Made by a program: the position numbers and the translations under genes. From contig CAWEPK010000012.1 of the NCBI GenBank assembly GCA_963810935.1, positions 288,001-352,000 of the forward strand: 64,000 nucleotides of DNA. The letters run 5' to 3'. The notes beneath the pieces are model-generated. The model was not told the DNA's origin and searched no databases. It saw nothing but the letters and a program-made list of their open reading frames with translations. The stretch is from an uncultured delta proteobacterium (GTDB lineage: Bacteria; Desulfobacterota; Syntrophorhabdia; Syntrophorhabdales; WCHB1-27). Shown piece by piece: positions 32,516 to 41,725 of this stretch (positions are counted from its first letter, which is position 1; each line of letters opens with the position of its first letter).

Positions 32516-32520
32516 CTCGT

Positions 32521-33069
32521 CTAGCTCCTTTTCACCATGCGGGTCAGCTCATAGGCGCGCTTTGCTGCGGCGATATTCTCCGCCACCTTGGCGGGCACGG
32601 TCTCGCTTATCGCCTTTTCCAGGTGCTCCAAAGATACTGCGCCCGTTGCTTTCGCGTATGCGCCGAGGATGGCCGTGTTGATCGTGGTCCCCAGGCCCGC
32701 CTCTTCCGACACGGCCAGCGCGTCGACAACTGCCACGCGGGACGCGGCGAGGCCCGTGAAATCGGTATCGGTAAGTGCGTTATTAATAAGGATGAGGCCG
32801 CCCGCCTTGATCGTGGACGCCACTTCATTGGCCTCGACGAGGTCGGGGGCCAGATAAATCAGCTCGTCCGCCTGCCTGATCTCGCACTTCAGGTAGATCT
32901 TCTTGTCGTCAACGCGCAGGAAGCTCGCCACAGGCGCGCCCCGCCTCTCCCCTCCGAACACGGAGAAGCACTGGGGGTACTTCCCCATCAGGAAGTATAC
33001 CTTTGCGAGGATCTGGGACGCGATTACCGCGCCCTGCCCTCCTCTTCCGATGAATTTTATCTCCGTCAT
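32521..33069 (-). CDS. porC: 2-oxoacid:acceptor oxidoreductase gamma subunit
   Basis: 'GRGGQGAV', 'FGGERRGAPV'. Confidence 0.9.
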   Translation of the reverse strand: MTEIKFIGRGGQGAVIASQILAKVYFLMGKYPQCFSVFGGERRGAPVASFLRVDDKKIYLKCEIRQADELIYLAPDLVEANEVASTIKAGGLILINNALTDTDFTGLAASRVAVVDALAVSEEAGLGTTINTAILGAYAKATGAVSLEHLEKAISETVPAKVAENIAAAKRAYELTRMVKRS

Positions 33070-33148
33070 TGGTCTGATCCGACCTCCTGTCGTTCGATTA
33101 ACTGCCTGTCCGTCGCGCCTTAATTCTTAATACATTGCATCCGTGCAT

Positions 33149-33177
33149 ACTGTACCCCAGGCCAAAAAGGTTGTCAA
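33149..33177 (-). promoter_or_regulatory. Sigma70-like promoter of the por-TRAP-larA operon
   Basis: Minus strand TTGACA-17-TACAGT, followed by TGCA-containing pseudo-palindromes (possible GntR site). Confidence 0.55.
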
Positions 33178-33376
33178 TCGCTTTTCCGGGCATCCAGGGA
33201 TGGTGTATTACACGCCTACAAAGCGGTGTAATACATTTTTGTCGGCCCCTGCCGCCCGGCTGTTATCCTCCTGTGCCTTAGACAGTAACCTGTTATTACA
33301 CATACTTAGACAGGCAGAGGGCTGTCTTTCGGACGGTGCCTCCCTTCCCCCACAAAACAATACTTATGCTTTTGCC

Positions 33377-33405
33377 TTGACAGTCCGATAACAGAGTTAT
33401 ATATT
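33377..33405 (+). promoter_or_regulatory. Sigma70-like promoter of the VPLPA-CTERM gene
   Basis: TTGACA-17-TATATT. Confidence 0.5.
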
Positions 33406-33452
33406 GTAATACAGTACGGGCGCCCAGAGGGGAGCCCCAAGGAGGAAAGGAC

Positions 33453-34400
33453 ATGAAGGCTCTTCCAACCAGCAGGATTTTAATCGGCATAGCGTTGCTT
33501 CTGGGCATCTTCACCCTAACGGGCACTGCGTCAGCCGCCCTTTTCACGGACGTCAACCTGGGGACCGCCGGTTCTTCCGGACTCAACCTGGGCGTCTTCG
33601 TTACGGGTGGTACGACGGTCAGCGGCACCAACTACTCGACGATCAACACCAACCTCGGTTTGTCGAGCGGATCGAATACGAACCTCTCGGGCATGGGCAC
33701 CCTGAGCGGCACGATATATAAGGACCCGGGCGCCAGCGTCCAGAACAACCTCAGCACGTCGTTCAACGTGACTGGCGGAGTAACCTCGCAGAGCCTGTCG
33801 GCTGCATTGACCAGCGCCCAAAGCGCAGCGTCGAATGCCCTCTCGCTGAGCGCCAACCAGACCTATAGCACAGGCATCGACTCCTCGACCACCATCACGA
33901 ACTCCGGCGGCACGCTCAACACCCTGGGCGGCTACGATAAGGTGGTCAACATTACCGGCAATATCGCATTGAGCGGCTCGTCTGCTGCACTTACGATCTC
34001 CGGCGGGGCGAACGACTACTTCATAGTCAACATAACAGGGCTCGTATCCGTCACCAGCGGCGCCGACATCATCACTACCGGGGGCATCACGGCCGGCCAC
34101 ATCCTCTTTAACATAGAGGGGACCGGCAGCAGCCTTACCGTTAGCGGCACCGGGTCCGTCATAGACGGCACCTTCCTGGCCGTAAACTCCGGCCAGACCA
34201 TGACCGTCTCTTCCGGTACGGTCAACGGCGGCATGATGGGCTACCAGATCCAGACGGGCGCATCGGGCACGACGACCATAAACGGCCAGCTCTACCAAGG
34301 CCCGCCCTCGGCAGTCCCGCTGCCTCCGTCGCTCCTGATGCTGGCTCCCGGACTCTTCGGACTCGCCGTTTTGCGCAAGCGCTTCACCGTTAAAGATTAG
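33453..34400 (+). CDS. Secreted VPLPA-CTERM (PEP-CTERM-like) protein with Thr/Ser/Gly-rich beta-helix-like body
   Basis: Signal peptide ending ASA; C-terminus 'VPLPPSLLMLAPGLFGLAVLRKR'. Confidence 0.8.
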   Translation: MKALPTSRILIGIALLLGIFTLTGTASAALFTDVNLGTAGSSGLNLGVFVTGGTTVSGTNYSTINTNLGLSSGSNTNLSGMGTLSGTIYKDPGASVQNNLSTSFNVTGGVTSQSLSAALTSAQSAASNALSLSANQTYSTGIDSSTTITNSGGTLNTLGGYDKVVNITGNIALSGSSAALTISGGANDYFIVNITGLVSVTSGADIITTGGITAGHILFNIEGTGSSLTVSGTGSVIDGTFLAVNSGQTMTVSSGTVNGGMMGYQIQTGASGTTTINGQLYQGPPSAVPLPPSLLMLAPGLFGLAVLRKRFTVKD

Positions 34401-34518
34401 CCGTCAACTGTCCCGCCTGCCGGGCACCCGCGCAACGCGGGTCTCCCGGCAAGGCCAGGGGCTTTCCCTTGGAGGGGCGAACTTTTTCGCTTGGGGAAAC
34501 GGGGCGTTTTTTTTCAAC

Positions 34519-34554
34519 ACGGGGCCTTCTGCGGGTGCGGAAGGCCCCGTTTTT
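34519..34554 (+). terminator. Intrinsic terminator
   Basis: acggggccttc/gaaggccccgt stem followed by a T run, between convergent genes. Confidence 0.6.
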
Positions 34555-34635
34555 GTATTGTTAATGGGGGGCGGGACGTCCGTTGCTCTTACCCGCCCTC
34601 TTATAGTCAACCGCAGCATCTTTACGCCATGCTGC

Positions 34636-37600
34636 TCACTTTCCGCAACACTTCTTGTATTTTTTTCCACTCCCGCACGGACAAGGGTCATTTCGTCCGA
34701 CTTTCCCGGTTTGGCGTATTAGCGTTCGGTCCTCGGTGAACTCTTCCAATTTAATGTGCGGTTTCAAATCCTCCGGCAGGCCGTCATAAATGTTTTGGCA
34801 CGTCTTTCTGAATTTATTCAGTCCGAGAATCGCGCGGACTCGGCTGATAGATCCGGCAGCGTCGCTCTTGTCCACACCCATACTCTCTCGAATACCATAA
34901 GATTTAAGGAAACACTCTAAAGCCGCAGGAAAATGTTTTCGTGAGTGCCAGACGTGGCCCATATTATAAAGCGATATGGCTATGCCCTCCTTGTCACCTA
35001 TTTCCTCTTTAATCTTCAAACTCTCTCTGTGCTGCTCCATTGCACCGGGTAGATTGCCCTGGTCCTGAAGAACTAAGCCTATATTGTTAAGGGAAGCGGC
35101 GATGCCCTCCTTGTCGCCTATTTCCTCTTGGATCTTCAGGCTCCCTCTGTACTGCGTCAATGCACCGGACAGGTCGCCCTGTTTCCCAAGAACCAGGCCC
35201 ATATTGTTAAGGCAAACGGCTATGCCTGCCTTGTCGCCTATTTCCTCTCTAATTCTTAGACTCTCTCCGCACTGCTTCAGCGCACCGGACAGGTCGCCCT
35301 GTTTCCCAAGAACCAGGCCCATATTGTTAAGGCAAACGGCTATGCCTGCCTTGTCGCCTATTTCCTCATGGATCTTCAGGCTCCCTCTGTACTGCGTCAA
35401 TGCACCGGACAGGTCGCCCTGTTTCCCAAGAATCAAGCCTATATTGTTAAGGGAAGTCGCAATGCCTGCATTGTCGCCAATGGCTTTGCGAATATCCAAA
35501 CTTTGGCTCAGCCACTGTTCGGCGCTCTGAAAATTACCAAAGAACTGAAATGCCAAGCCTATGTCGTTTGCACTTCGCCCTTGTTCTTTCTTATAGTTAT
35601 ATTGTTTGCAACGCTCGTAAGCATCTTCAAAATACTTGAGCGCTTCCCGTACTTCCCCTTTTCGATATAGCATCTCGCCGAATCTTATGTATGCCTCAGC
35701 GGTTACTCTGTCATCGGCCGCTTCAAAGGAAAATGCCTCCTCGAAATGCCTCGATGCCTCGCCCCATTCACCCCTCAACTGGGCTACGTCCCCCAGGAAT
35801 ATCCGGTATTCAGGTCTGTCCAAACCCCGTGCCCGCGCTTTGGCGATCATTTCAAGAAGAGAATTTGTGTGTCCGGAAAGGACGAACTTTTCTCCAGTGT
35901 TGCTTATGAAATTTGCTAATCTGGCTGGGTCATTGCCTCCTGCGATATGATAAAAGATCTCTTCTTCAAGGAAAGGGTCAAATCGAGTTGATCTCCTTGC
36001 CTCATAGTATGAAGCGGCTTTCCCATGCGCTGCCTGCTTGCTCGAAAGCCTTTGATAACAGAACTCCCGAATCAGCGGGTGCGTCCTATACAAACCACTC
36101 GTCACTGAAAGCATCTTTTTATCGATAAGTTTGTACAAGGTGGCGCTTACGTCCTTCATATCAAAAAGAAAAGAAATACCGCTTTTATCGATTTCGGACC
36201 TAAACACTGAGAAGTTGAGCAAGAAATCTTTTTCCTCATCCGTGCTCCTCGGATGGTTGAACACTTCATCGAGAAGCCGCGCACTCAAATCCCTGCTTTT
36301 GTCCCCTGCCCTAACTATTTTTTCAATGATATCCTTTGGAGGTTCTCCGTAACTGAGAAGCTGTAATGCTAATTCTATGGCAAGCGGATGCCCGCCGAGC
36401 TTTTCACTGATATTAGACAGGTCCGCGTCACTCACTTCTAAACTTGCGTAATACTCCTGCCTGAGCTTCTGCGCATAACGCAGCGCTGCATCACCTAGGC
36501 CGTGTAGCTCGATCGGCGCAAACCTTACCCCGAAAGTCGGATGTTCACGTGAGACGAGTACGATCCTTGCTTTATGGAGTCTTCTTTCCGCAAACTTCAG
36601 CAACCTCTCGAATGAATTGCTTGAAAGGACATGGAAATTATCGAGAAATATGCTCTTCTCGTCTCTTTCGATCAGATCGATGAACCCGCTATACTTAGCA
36701 AGCTCGGTCTTGCTTTCCCCTTTCAACACCTCCGGGTATCCGGATAAACCTATAAGGGCATCGATCTCTGAATCAGGCAGACACTCGAACCAGACAGTCT
36801 TTTCCTTCGGCAGAAACTCCTCAATGCATTTCAAGGCAAATTCTGTCTTCCCAACCCCGCCGAGGCCCTCGACAGAGATCAGGTTCGATTTTGCGAGAAG
36901 TTCCCTAAACTCAGCTTTCTTTTGTTCCATGCCCGTAAAGAGTCTCGTCGGTTCAGGCACGGAGACAGAAGGCACTGTGACGCTTAATGCAACAGGAGCG
37001 GAAGGCGCCATCTTCCCCAACAATCTTTTTAGCTCTGCAAAAACATCCGAGGGCAAAGACCTTTTCCCGCAGGATTCGTCTATCAACACGGTAAAGTCAA
37101 TCTGATCATTGAGATGCAAAATACCTTCCGACCCGGCCCGCAAATATGGGTTTATTCTTCTTATTTGCTCAACGAGCTTCGTTTCAAGCAATTCTTTAAC
37201 GAGGGGGACATATTCGTCACAATTTGCGGGATATCTGAGTGTTATTTTGACGCTATTTTTGGATATTTCAATGTAATCTACATAATGATGCTTATACCAG
37301 TGGACCTGCGAATGTACGGAAAGATTGAATTTCGAAGTTTCGGAAAAATCGATCCTCTTGCACTGAAGATCAAGCTCGTCTGCGATTAAAAGAAGGGCGG
37401 CAAGTAATTGACCTCTGAAGGGCCGGCCCTTGGGCGTATAAGCGCCGCCGGCGAGTTTCACTATAACCTCTGGAAAATAATCGGTCGAATGCCCTTTGCA
37501 AACAAAGGCAATAGGCGCTATATATTCCTCGTCTATTGAAGCGGGCAGATGAAAATCATCCCTTCCTACGCTCTCAGCCACACGTTTAAGGATTATCTCG

Positions 37601-37967
37601 CTGCTTAACTCGGCATGTCTTGTTCGTATCTCGTCGTACTCCTTCTCAGTTAGTTTCTCTATTGGGAAATCCGGCCATTTCAAAAACTGCATACCCACGT
37701 CATGCAGGTAAGCCGACGCAAGGAGCACAAACAGTTCGTGTTTGTTGGGAAATAGCTTGGTGCTACCTTCTAAAGGGCTGAGGAGTGGCCTAGTATATAG
37801 ATAATTTCTTTCGAATGAGCAGGGCCGTGGTCTGTAAACCATGGCAGGAGGTTGCTTATCCACACACCATCGCAGAACTTCTCTATGTCCTGCAAAGTGC
37901 TGAAAAGCTGCCCGTCCATCGACTTCAGTTTTTCGACTAGCGCCAACTCCCCTTCATCGCCAATCAT
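34636..37967 (-). CDS. HD-phosphohydrolase + STAND (NB-ARC-like) NTPase + TPR + SEC-C protein (frameshift near 37790)
   Basis: 'FTDHGPAHS', 'AYLHDVGM', 'ADELD'; Walker A 'GLGGVGKT', Walker B 'IFLDNFH', 'GGHPLA'; TPRs; '[19 protein letters not shown]'. Confidence 0.85.
35041..35480 (-). repeat. Tandem 120-bp TPR-coding repeats
   Basis: Units start at 35041, 35161, 35281 and 35401; 35162-35247 and 35282-35367 read as identical. Confidence 0.9.
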
Positions 37968-38353
37968 TTATCAACCCCCTCCACACATCCAAAGCCGTAT
38001 GATCCGCTCTGTAGGACGATACCACTGAAATCTTCCTTCATGCACATCATGCCATTACAGAGGCCGATTGTGCAACAACAAAACCAATGACGCCATAAAG
38101 GCAATAATTGCGGCAGAATTAAGATGAGGGGTCCTCAGTTACGGAGAGGAAACGGAAGTCGAGCACCGTATGTTTTACGGCGGCTAAAAGCACCGGGGCC
38201 GGTATCCCGTATAAATATTTATTCTTCTTGACAGCGTTCGGGATTTTTAGAGACGTTGTTTCCTAATGTTTATTACTGTCGCCTTCTTTTTTCCTCCGGC
38301 TACCTTCTACAAAACAAATCACATTAGGCAACAACGTCCCCGATGTTGGTAAA

Positions 38354-38701
38354 TTATGCCCCGGCTTCCTTATTACCCGGCGCTTTTTCGTCGGCAATGG
38401 ATGAGAAGTTAGTAATCTTCACGGCCCCGTCGGGGAAACAGGCAACGATATCCAAGGTGCCGCCCATGGCCTCGATAGCAGCCCGCAATGTCGAAACATA
38501 GATATCTGTGCGTTTTTCCAGTTTGGCTACGTTAGGCTGTTTGATGTGCAGCTCTTTAGCAAGCGTTTCCTGGGACATACCGCGAGCCCTTCTCAGCTCA
38601 TGCAGTGGCATTTTCGTAAGCATTTTCCGATAGCGCTTGTCCGAGCGGGCAATCGCCTCGGGCGACATTTTGGCTTCCAGCTCAACAAACTTACGAGCCA
38701 T
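38354..38701 (-). CDS. higA: XRE-family HTH antitoxin (HigA-like)
   Basis: 'LHELRRARGMSQETLA...QPNVAKLEKRTD...IEAMGG'. Confidence 0.85.
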   Translation of the reverse strand: MARKFVELEAKMSPEAIARSDKRYRKMLTKMPLHELRRARGMSQETLAKELHIKQPNVAKLEKRTDIYVSTLRAAIEAMGGTLDIVACFPDGAVKITNFSSIADEKAPGNKEAGA

Positions 38702-39059
38702 CTTTTAAGCCCTCCTTTCGCAATGTCTTCAAATGTTCGTCATAAAGTCGGTCCGCTTTGGGCGCGTATTCCTCGTACCAGCGATCATTTCCGGTCTTCT
38801 CTCCGCCGATCAGCAGGATGGCGCATCGACGAGGATCGAACGCATAGAGCACACGATAGGGTCGGCCGGCATGTTAAATCCTGAGTTCGCGCATGTTGCC
38901 GTGCTTTGATATCCCCACACCGCTGGAATGAGGGAACGGGAGATTGGGTCCAAAGTCGCCCAGGAGCTTAACGCTTGCACGCACCGATTCCTGCTCTGTT
39001 TCCTTCAGGCCCGCCCACCAATCGCCGAACTCATCGGTATATTCGATGTCCCATTCCAC
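38691..39059 (-). pseudogene. higB: HigB/Gp49-like RelE-superfamily toxin with an in-frame TAA at 38874-38876
   Basis: 'MRELRI*HAGRPYRVLYAFDPRRCAILLIGGEKTGNDRWY' continues in the same frame to TAA at 38691. Confidence 0.75.
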
Positions 39060-39066
39060 GTTTAAT

Positions 39067-39095
39067 AATATACCCCGCAGGATATATACTGTCAA
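39067..39095 (-). promoter_or_regulatory. higBA promoter with operator-like palindrome; probably gives a leaderless mRNA
   Basis: TTGACA-17-TATATT; spacer palindrome atatatcc-tgc-ggggtatat; the GTG start lies 7 nt after the -10 and has no RBS. Confidence 0.6.
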
Positions 39096-39185
39096 GGGTA
39101 TAATGTCTCATGGTGATAGGGAATTTATTGGTGATTATTTACTTGACAAAGATTGGGTATAATGATAGACTGAAAGAATGATAGA

Positions 39186-39323
39186 TTACTTTTCGGTTTT
39201 CTTCTTTTCTTCCGACAACTTATCAACGAGTTTGCGCATGTGCTTAGCCACCTTGGGGTGGAAGACGTGCGCGATAACCTCATCGGCTGTCATCTCTTTC
39301 GCTGGCTTCTTCTTCTCTTTCAT
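39186..39323 (-). CDS. 45-aa basic micro-ORF, head-to-head with the transposase
   Basis: MKEKKKPAKEMTADEVIAHVFHPKVAKHMRKLVDKLSEEKKKTEK*, with an AAGGAG RBS on the minus strand. Confidence 0.6.
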   Translation of the reverse strand: MKEKKKPAKEMTADEVIAHVFHPKVAKHMRKLVDKLSEEKKKTEK

Positions 39324-39334
39324 GGAGGCTCCTT

Positions 39335-40234
39335 ATGGATACTAATTTAATTGATCTCGTGGCAGAGTTCAACGGCAACGAAGATAAATGTAAAAGCCAC
39401 CTTGAGGAGCTAAGATGGCCGGACGGCCTAAAATGCCCGCGCTGTGAATCTGCCAAAGTATCTCCTGTCAAAGAAGGCAGTCATATCTTCGATTGCCTTA
39501 CCTGCGGGTATCAGTTCACAGTTACCGCCAATACAATCTTCCATGATACTCACTTGCCTCTTTGGAAGTGGTTTTTGGCGGTCTATCTCATGACAGAAAG
39601 CAAAAAGGGTATATCGGCCAACCAACTCAAAAGAACGCTGAAAATCAGCTATAAGACAGCTTGGTATCTCTGCCACAGAATTAGGAAGGCGATGGAAGAA
39701 GCTGCGCCTGGCCCGAAGCTCAACGGAACAGTTGAAGTCGATGAGACATACGTGGGCGGGAGATACGACAAGAGGCGGAAACGGCACGCATACGAGAAAC
39801 AAGCGGTCCTGGGGATGATTGAGCGGAAAGGCAAGCTCGAAGTCAAGGCGGTTCGGGGAACGGGCAACAAGATTATCATCCCGATTATCGAAGATCGGGT
39901 AAACAAAGACGCAAGGGTTATGACAGACGACTATGTGGGCTATACGAGACTCGACAAGGACGGCTACCACCGTGATGTCATCGACCACAAGCACGATGAA
40001 TGGGTAAAGGGCGACGTCTACACCAACACTATTGAAAACGCCTGGAGCCTGTTTAAGCGGTCGATAGTTGGTTCTTTCCATCACATCAGCACCAAGCACG
40101 TTGAAGCATATCTTGACGAATTCGAATGGAGATTCAACGAGCGCAAGAACCCGCACCTATACCGGGATACCATGATAAGGCTCTTGAACGCGCCTAAGAT
40201 GGAGTTTAAGGAATTGATAGAGAAAGAAGCATAA
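39335..40234 (+). CDS. IS1595 family (ISXO2-like) transposase
   Basis: Zn ribbon CPRC...CLTC; 'KKGISA', 'VEVDETYVGG', 'VMTDD', 'TNTIENAWS', 'YLDEFEWRFN'. Confidence 0.95.
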   Translation: MDTNLIDLVAEFNGNEDKCKSHLEELRWPDGLKCPRCESAKVSPVKEGSHIFDCLTCGYQFTVTANTIFHDTHLPLWKWFLAVYLMTESKKGISANQLKRTLKISYKTAWYLCHRIRKAMEEAAPGPKLNGTVEVDETYVGGRYDKRRKRHAYEKQAVLGMIERKGKLEVKAVRGTGNKIIIPIIEDRVNKDARVMTDDYVGYTRLDKDGYHRDVIDHKHDEWVKGDVYTNTIENAWSLFKRSIVGSFHHISTKHVEAYLDEFEWRFNERKNPHLYRDTMIRLLNAPKMEFKELIEKEA

Positions 40235-40328
40235 ATCAGCAATACTCTTCCCATAAGACTCCAATTACGCATATAATAACTACTAAACAGAAGAGAACTA
40301 TAAAAACCCTTGCGGCGGTGATATCGTC

Positions 40329-40919
40329 TTGGGTTATTTTGTCTACGCTCTCAAATTTGTTGACTCGCATAACGGAGGAGTCGCTGCTCTTGCCACTATA
40401 GTAATCGCCGTCTTCACGGTTCTTTTGTGGCGGTCCACTCATAAGATGTGGAGAGCCACCAGTGATACTGCTAAGGCCGCAAGAGACAGCGCCGATGCTC
40501 TCCGCGCAACAGAGAGAGCCTATGTTCACGCGGGGGCTGCGTTTGGTGGCGTCAAAACGGAAGGAAGCGCGTATGTCATTCAAACAAATTTTGCAATAGC
40601 GAAGTATGGCAAAACACCGGCGGTTATTAACGGAATTAAGATATTGTGGAACCTTGAGCCTAAAATACCGGACGGTCAAGAAATGGATGTTTTTCCCCGG
40701 CAACACACTGCCACCATACTTGATAAAGACCCGATTACCGATGGCGTCGGTGTTCCGGTTAAAGGGGAAGACTGGAAGGACATTCTGGCATTGAAAAAAC
40801 AACTTTTTTTCTTGGTAAGAGTTGAGTACCAAGATGTTTTTGATGAGTCCTATATTAAAGACTTCTGGTGGGTGTTCAAACCCACTGACCGTGTTTGGAG
40901 CATATATAAGAACACATAA
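40329..40919 (+). CDS. IS passenger hypothetical protein with N-terminal TM helix
   Basis: 'ALATIVIAVFTVLLW...AKAARDSADAL...ERAYV'; start uncertain. Confidence 0.6.
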   Translation: MGYFVYALKFVDSHNGGVAALATIVIAVFTVLLWRSTHKMWRATSDTAKAARDSADALRATERAYVHAGAAFGGVKTEGSAYVIQTNFAIAKYGKTPAVINGIKILWNLEPKIPDGQEMDVFPRQHTATILDKDPITDGVGVPVKGEDWKDILALKKQLFFLVRVEYQDVFDESYIKDFWWVFKPTDRVWSIYKNT

Positions 40920-41145
40920 GCCGCTCAATAACGGTGTGATTAGTATTAATTTGTAGAATTTTACTAACGAACCTTGACGCAAGCAAACCCTCCGTGATAG
41001 AATAGACTTGCCTATTCCGGCGGGCTTCTTAGGGCTTGATAGCCAAGGTAGGGCCAAAGCTGTCAGGACCAACTAAGTCGATCTATAAAAACCCACTACA
41101 ACAAAAAAATATTACTCCCCTGTCACGGGGATGTCAAGAAAGGGG

Positions 41146-41556
41146 TCACTTATGGTTGGCTGGTTTTACGATCTCGCCCCCGTCCAACGGGTTCTGCTTC
41201 CCCTCATTGTGGCCGGTTGGTTGATTGTGGTCTTGATGTGGCTGAATATCCGACGCAGGCAAAAAAGGCTTGAAGAACTTCTCGATGTTGGGAATCGCGG
41301 CCGCGAGAAGGGTAAAAGCGGTAATGATTAAAACCGCTATCGTCATGTTTCTAATCTGTCTTTGGATTCTCAGGTTCTCCTTTTCTGCTATCCTTCGCTG
41401 TGTATTAAGGGAGTTTTCCCTTTCTAGTTCCTTGAGCCTTAGCCATTCCTGAACGTGGTCAACGGTCAAAGTTCCTGGATAGCCAAAGTCCCCATTAGCA
41501 AGACGTTTTCTGACTTCAACTTCTCCCCATTTTTCAAGCTCATCCAATAAAGCCAT
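41146..41556 (-). CDS. IS passenger hypothetical membrane protein
   Basis: Coiled-coil then TM 'IAVLIITAFTLLAAAI'; preceded by TTCACA-17-TATGAT with the -35 inside the right TIR. Confidence 0.6.
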   Translation of the reverse strand: MALLDELEKWGEVEVRKRLANGDFGYPGTLTVDHVQEWLRLKELERENSLNTQRRIAEKENLRIQRQIRNMTIAVLIITAFTLLAAAIPNIEKFFKPFLPASDIQPHQDHNQPTGHNEGKQNPLDGGEIVKPANHK

Positions 41557-41725
41557 TCTTCATCATACCATGCACCCTTATCTTTGTGAAGTGAATAATC
41601 ACCAATTTATTCTCTTGACAAGCCCCCAGAACGTATTGTACCCATTATACGGTACCCATGAAGCAGTATTAACGTGACGCACTGTGTCCGCAAAAAGGTT
41701 TTAGGCAAAATTAGGATAGATATTC

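Larger units (their letters stand above)
39130..41603 (+). mobile_element. IS1595-family element carrying passenger genes
   Basis: TIRs ggtgattatttacttgacaaaga (39130-39152) and tctttgtgaagtgaataatcacc (41581-41603) match at 21/23; 8-bp TSD aatttatt at 39122-39129 and 41604-41611. Confidence 0.92.

Noticed and set aside
35041..35480. Regularly spaced repeats as a CRISPR array
   Set aside because: They are 120-bp in-frame coding units without unique spacers, and there are no cas genes.
38874..38876. Recoding (Sec/Pyl) of the internal stop in the higB-like toxin
   Set aside because: The codon is TAA, not TGA or TAG; a nonsense mutation or base error is more likely.
40236..41072. 278-aa minus-strand ORF inside the IS
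   Set aside because: It is antisense to the more protein-like 40329-40919 ORF and has no recognisable motifs; treated as a shadow ORF, though not formally excluded.
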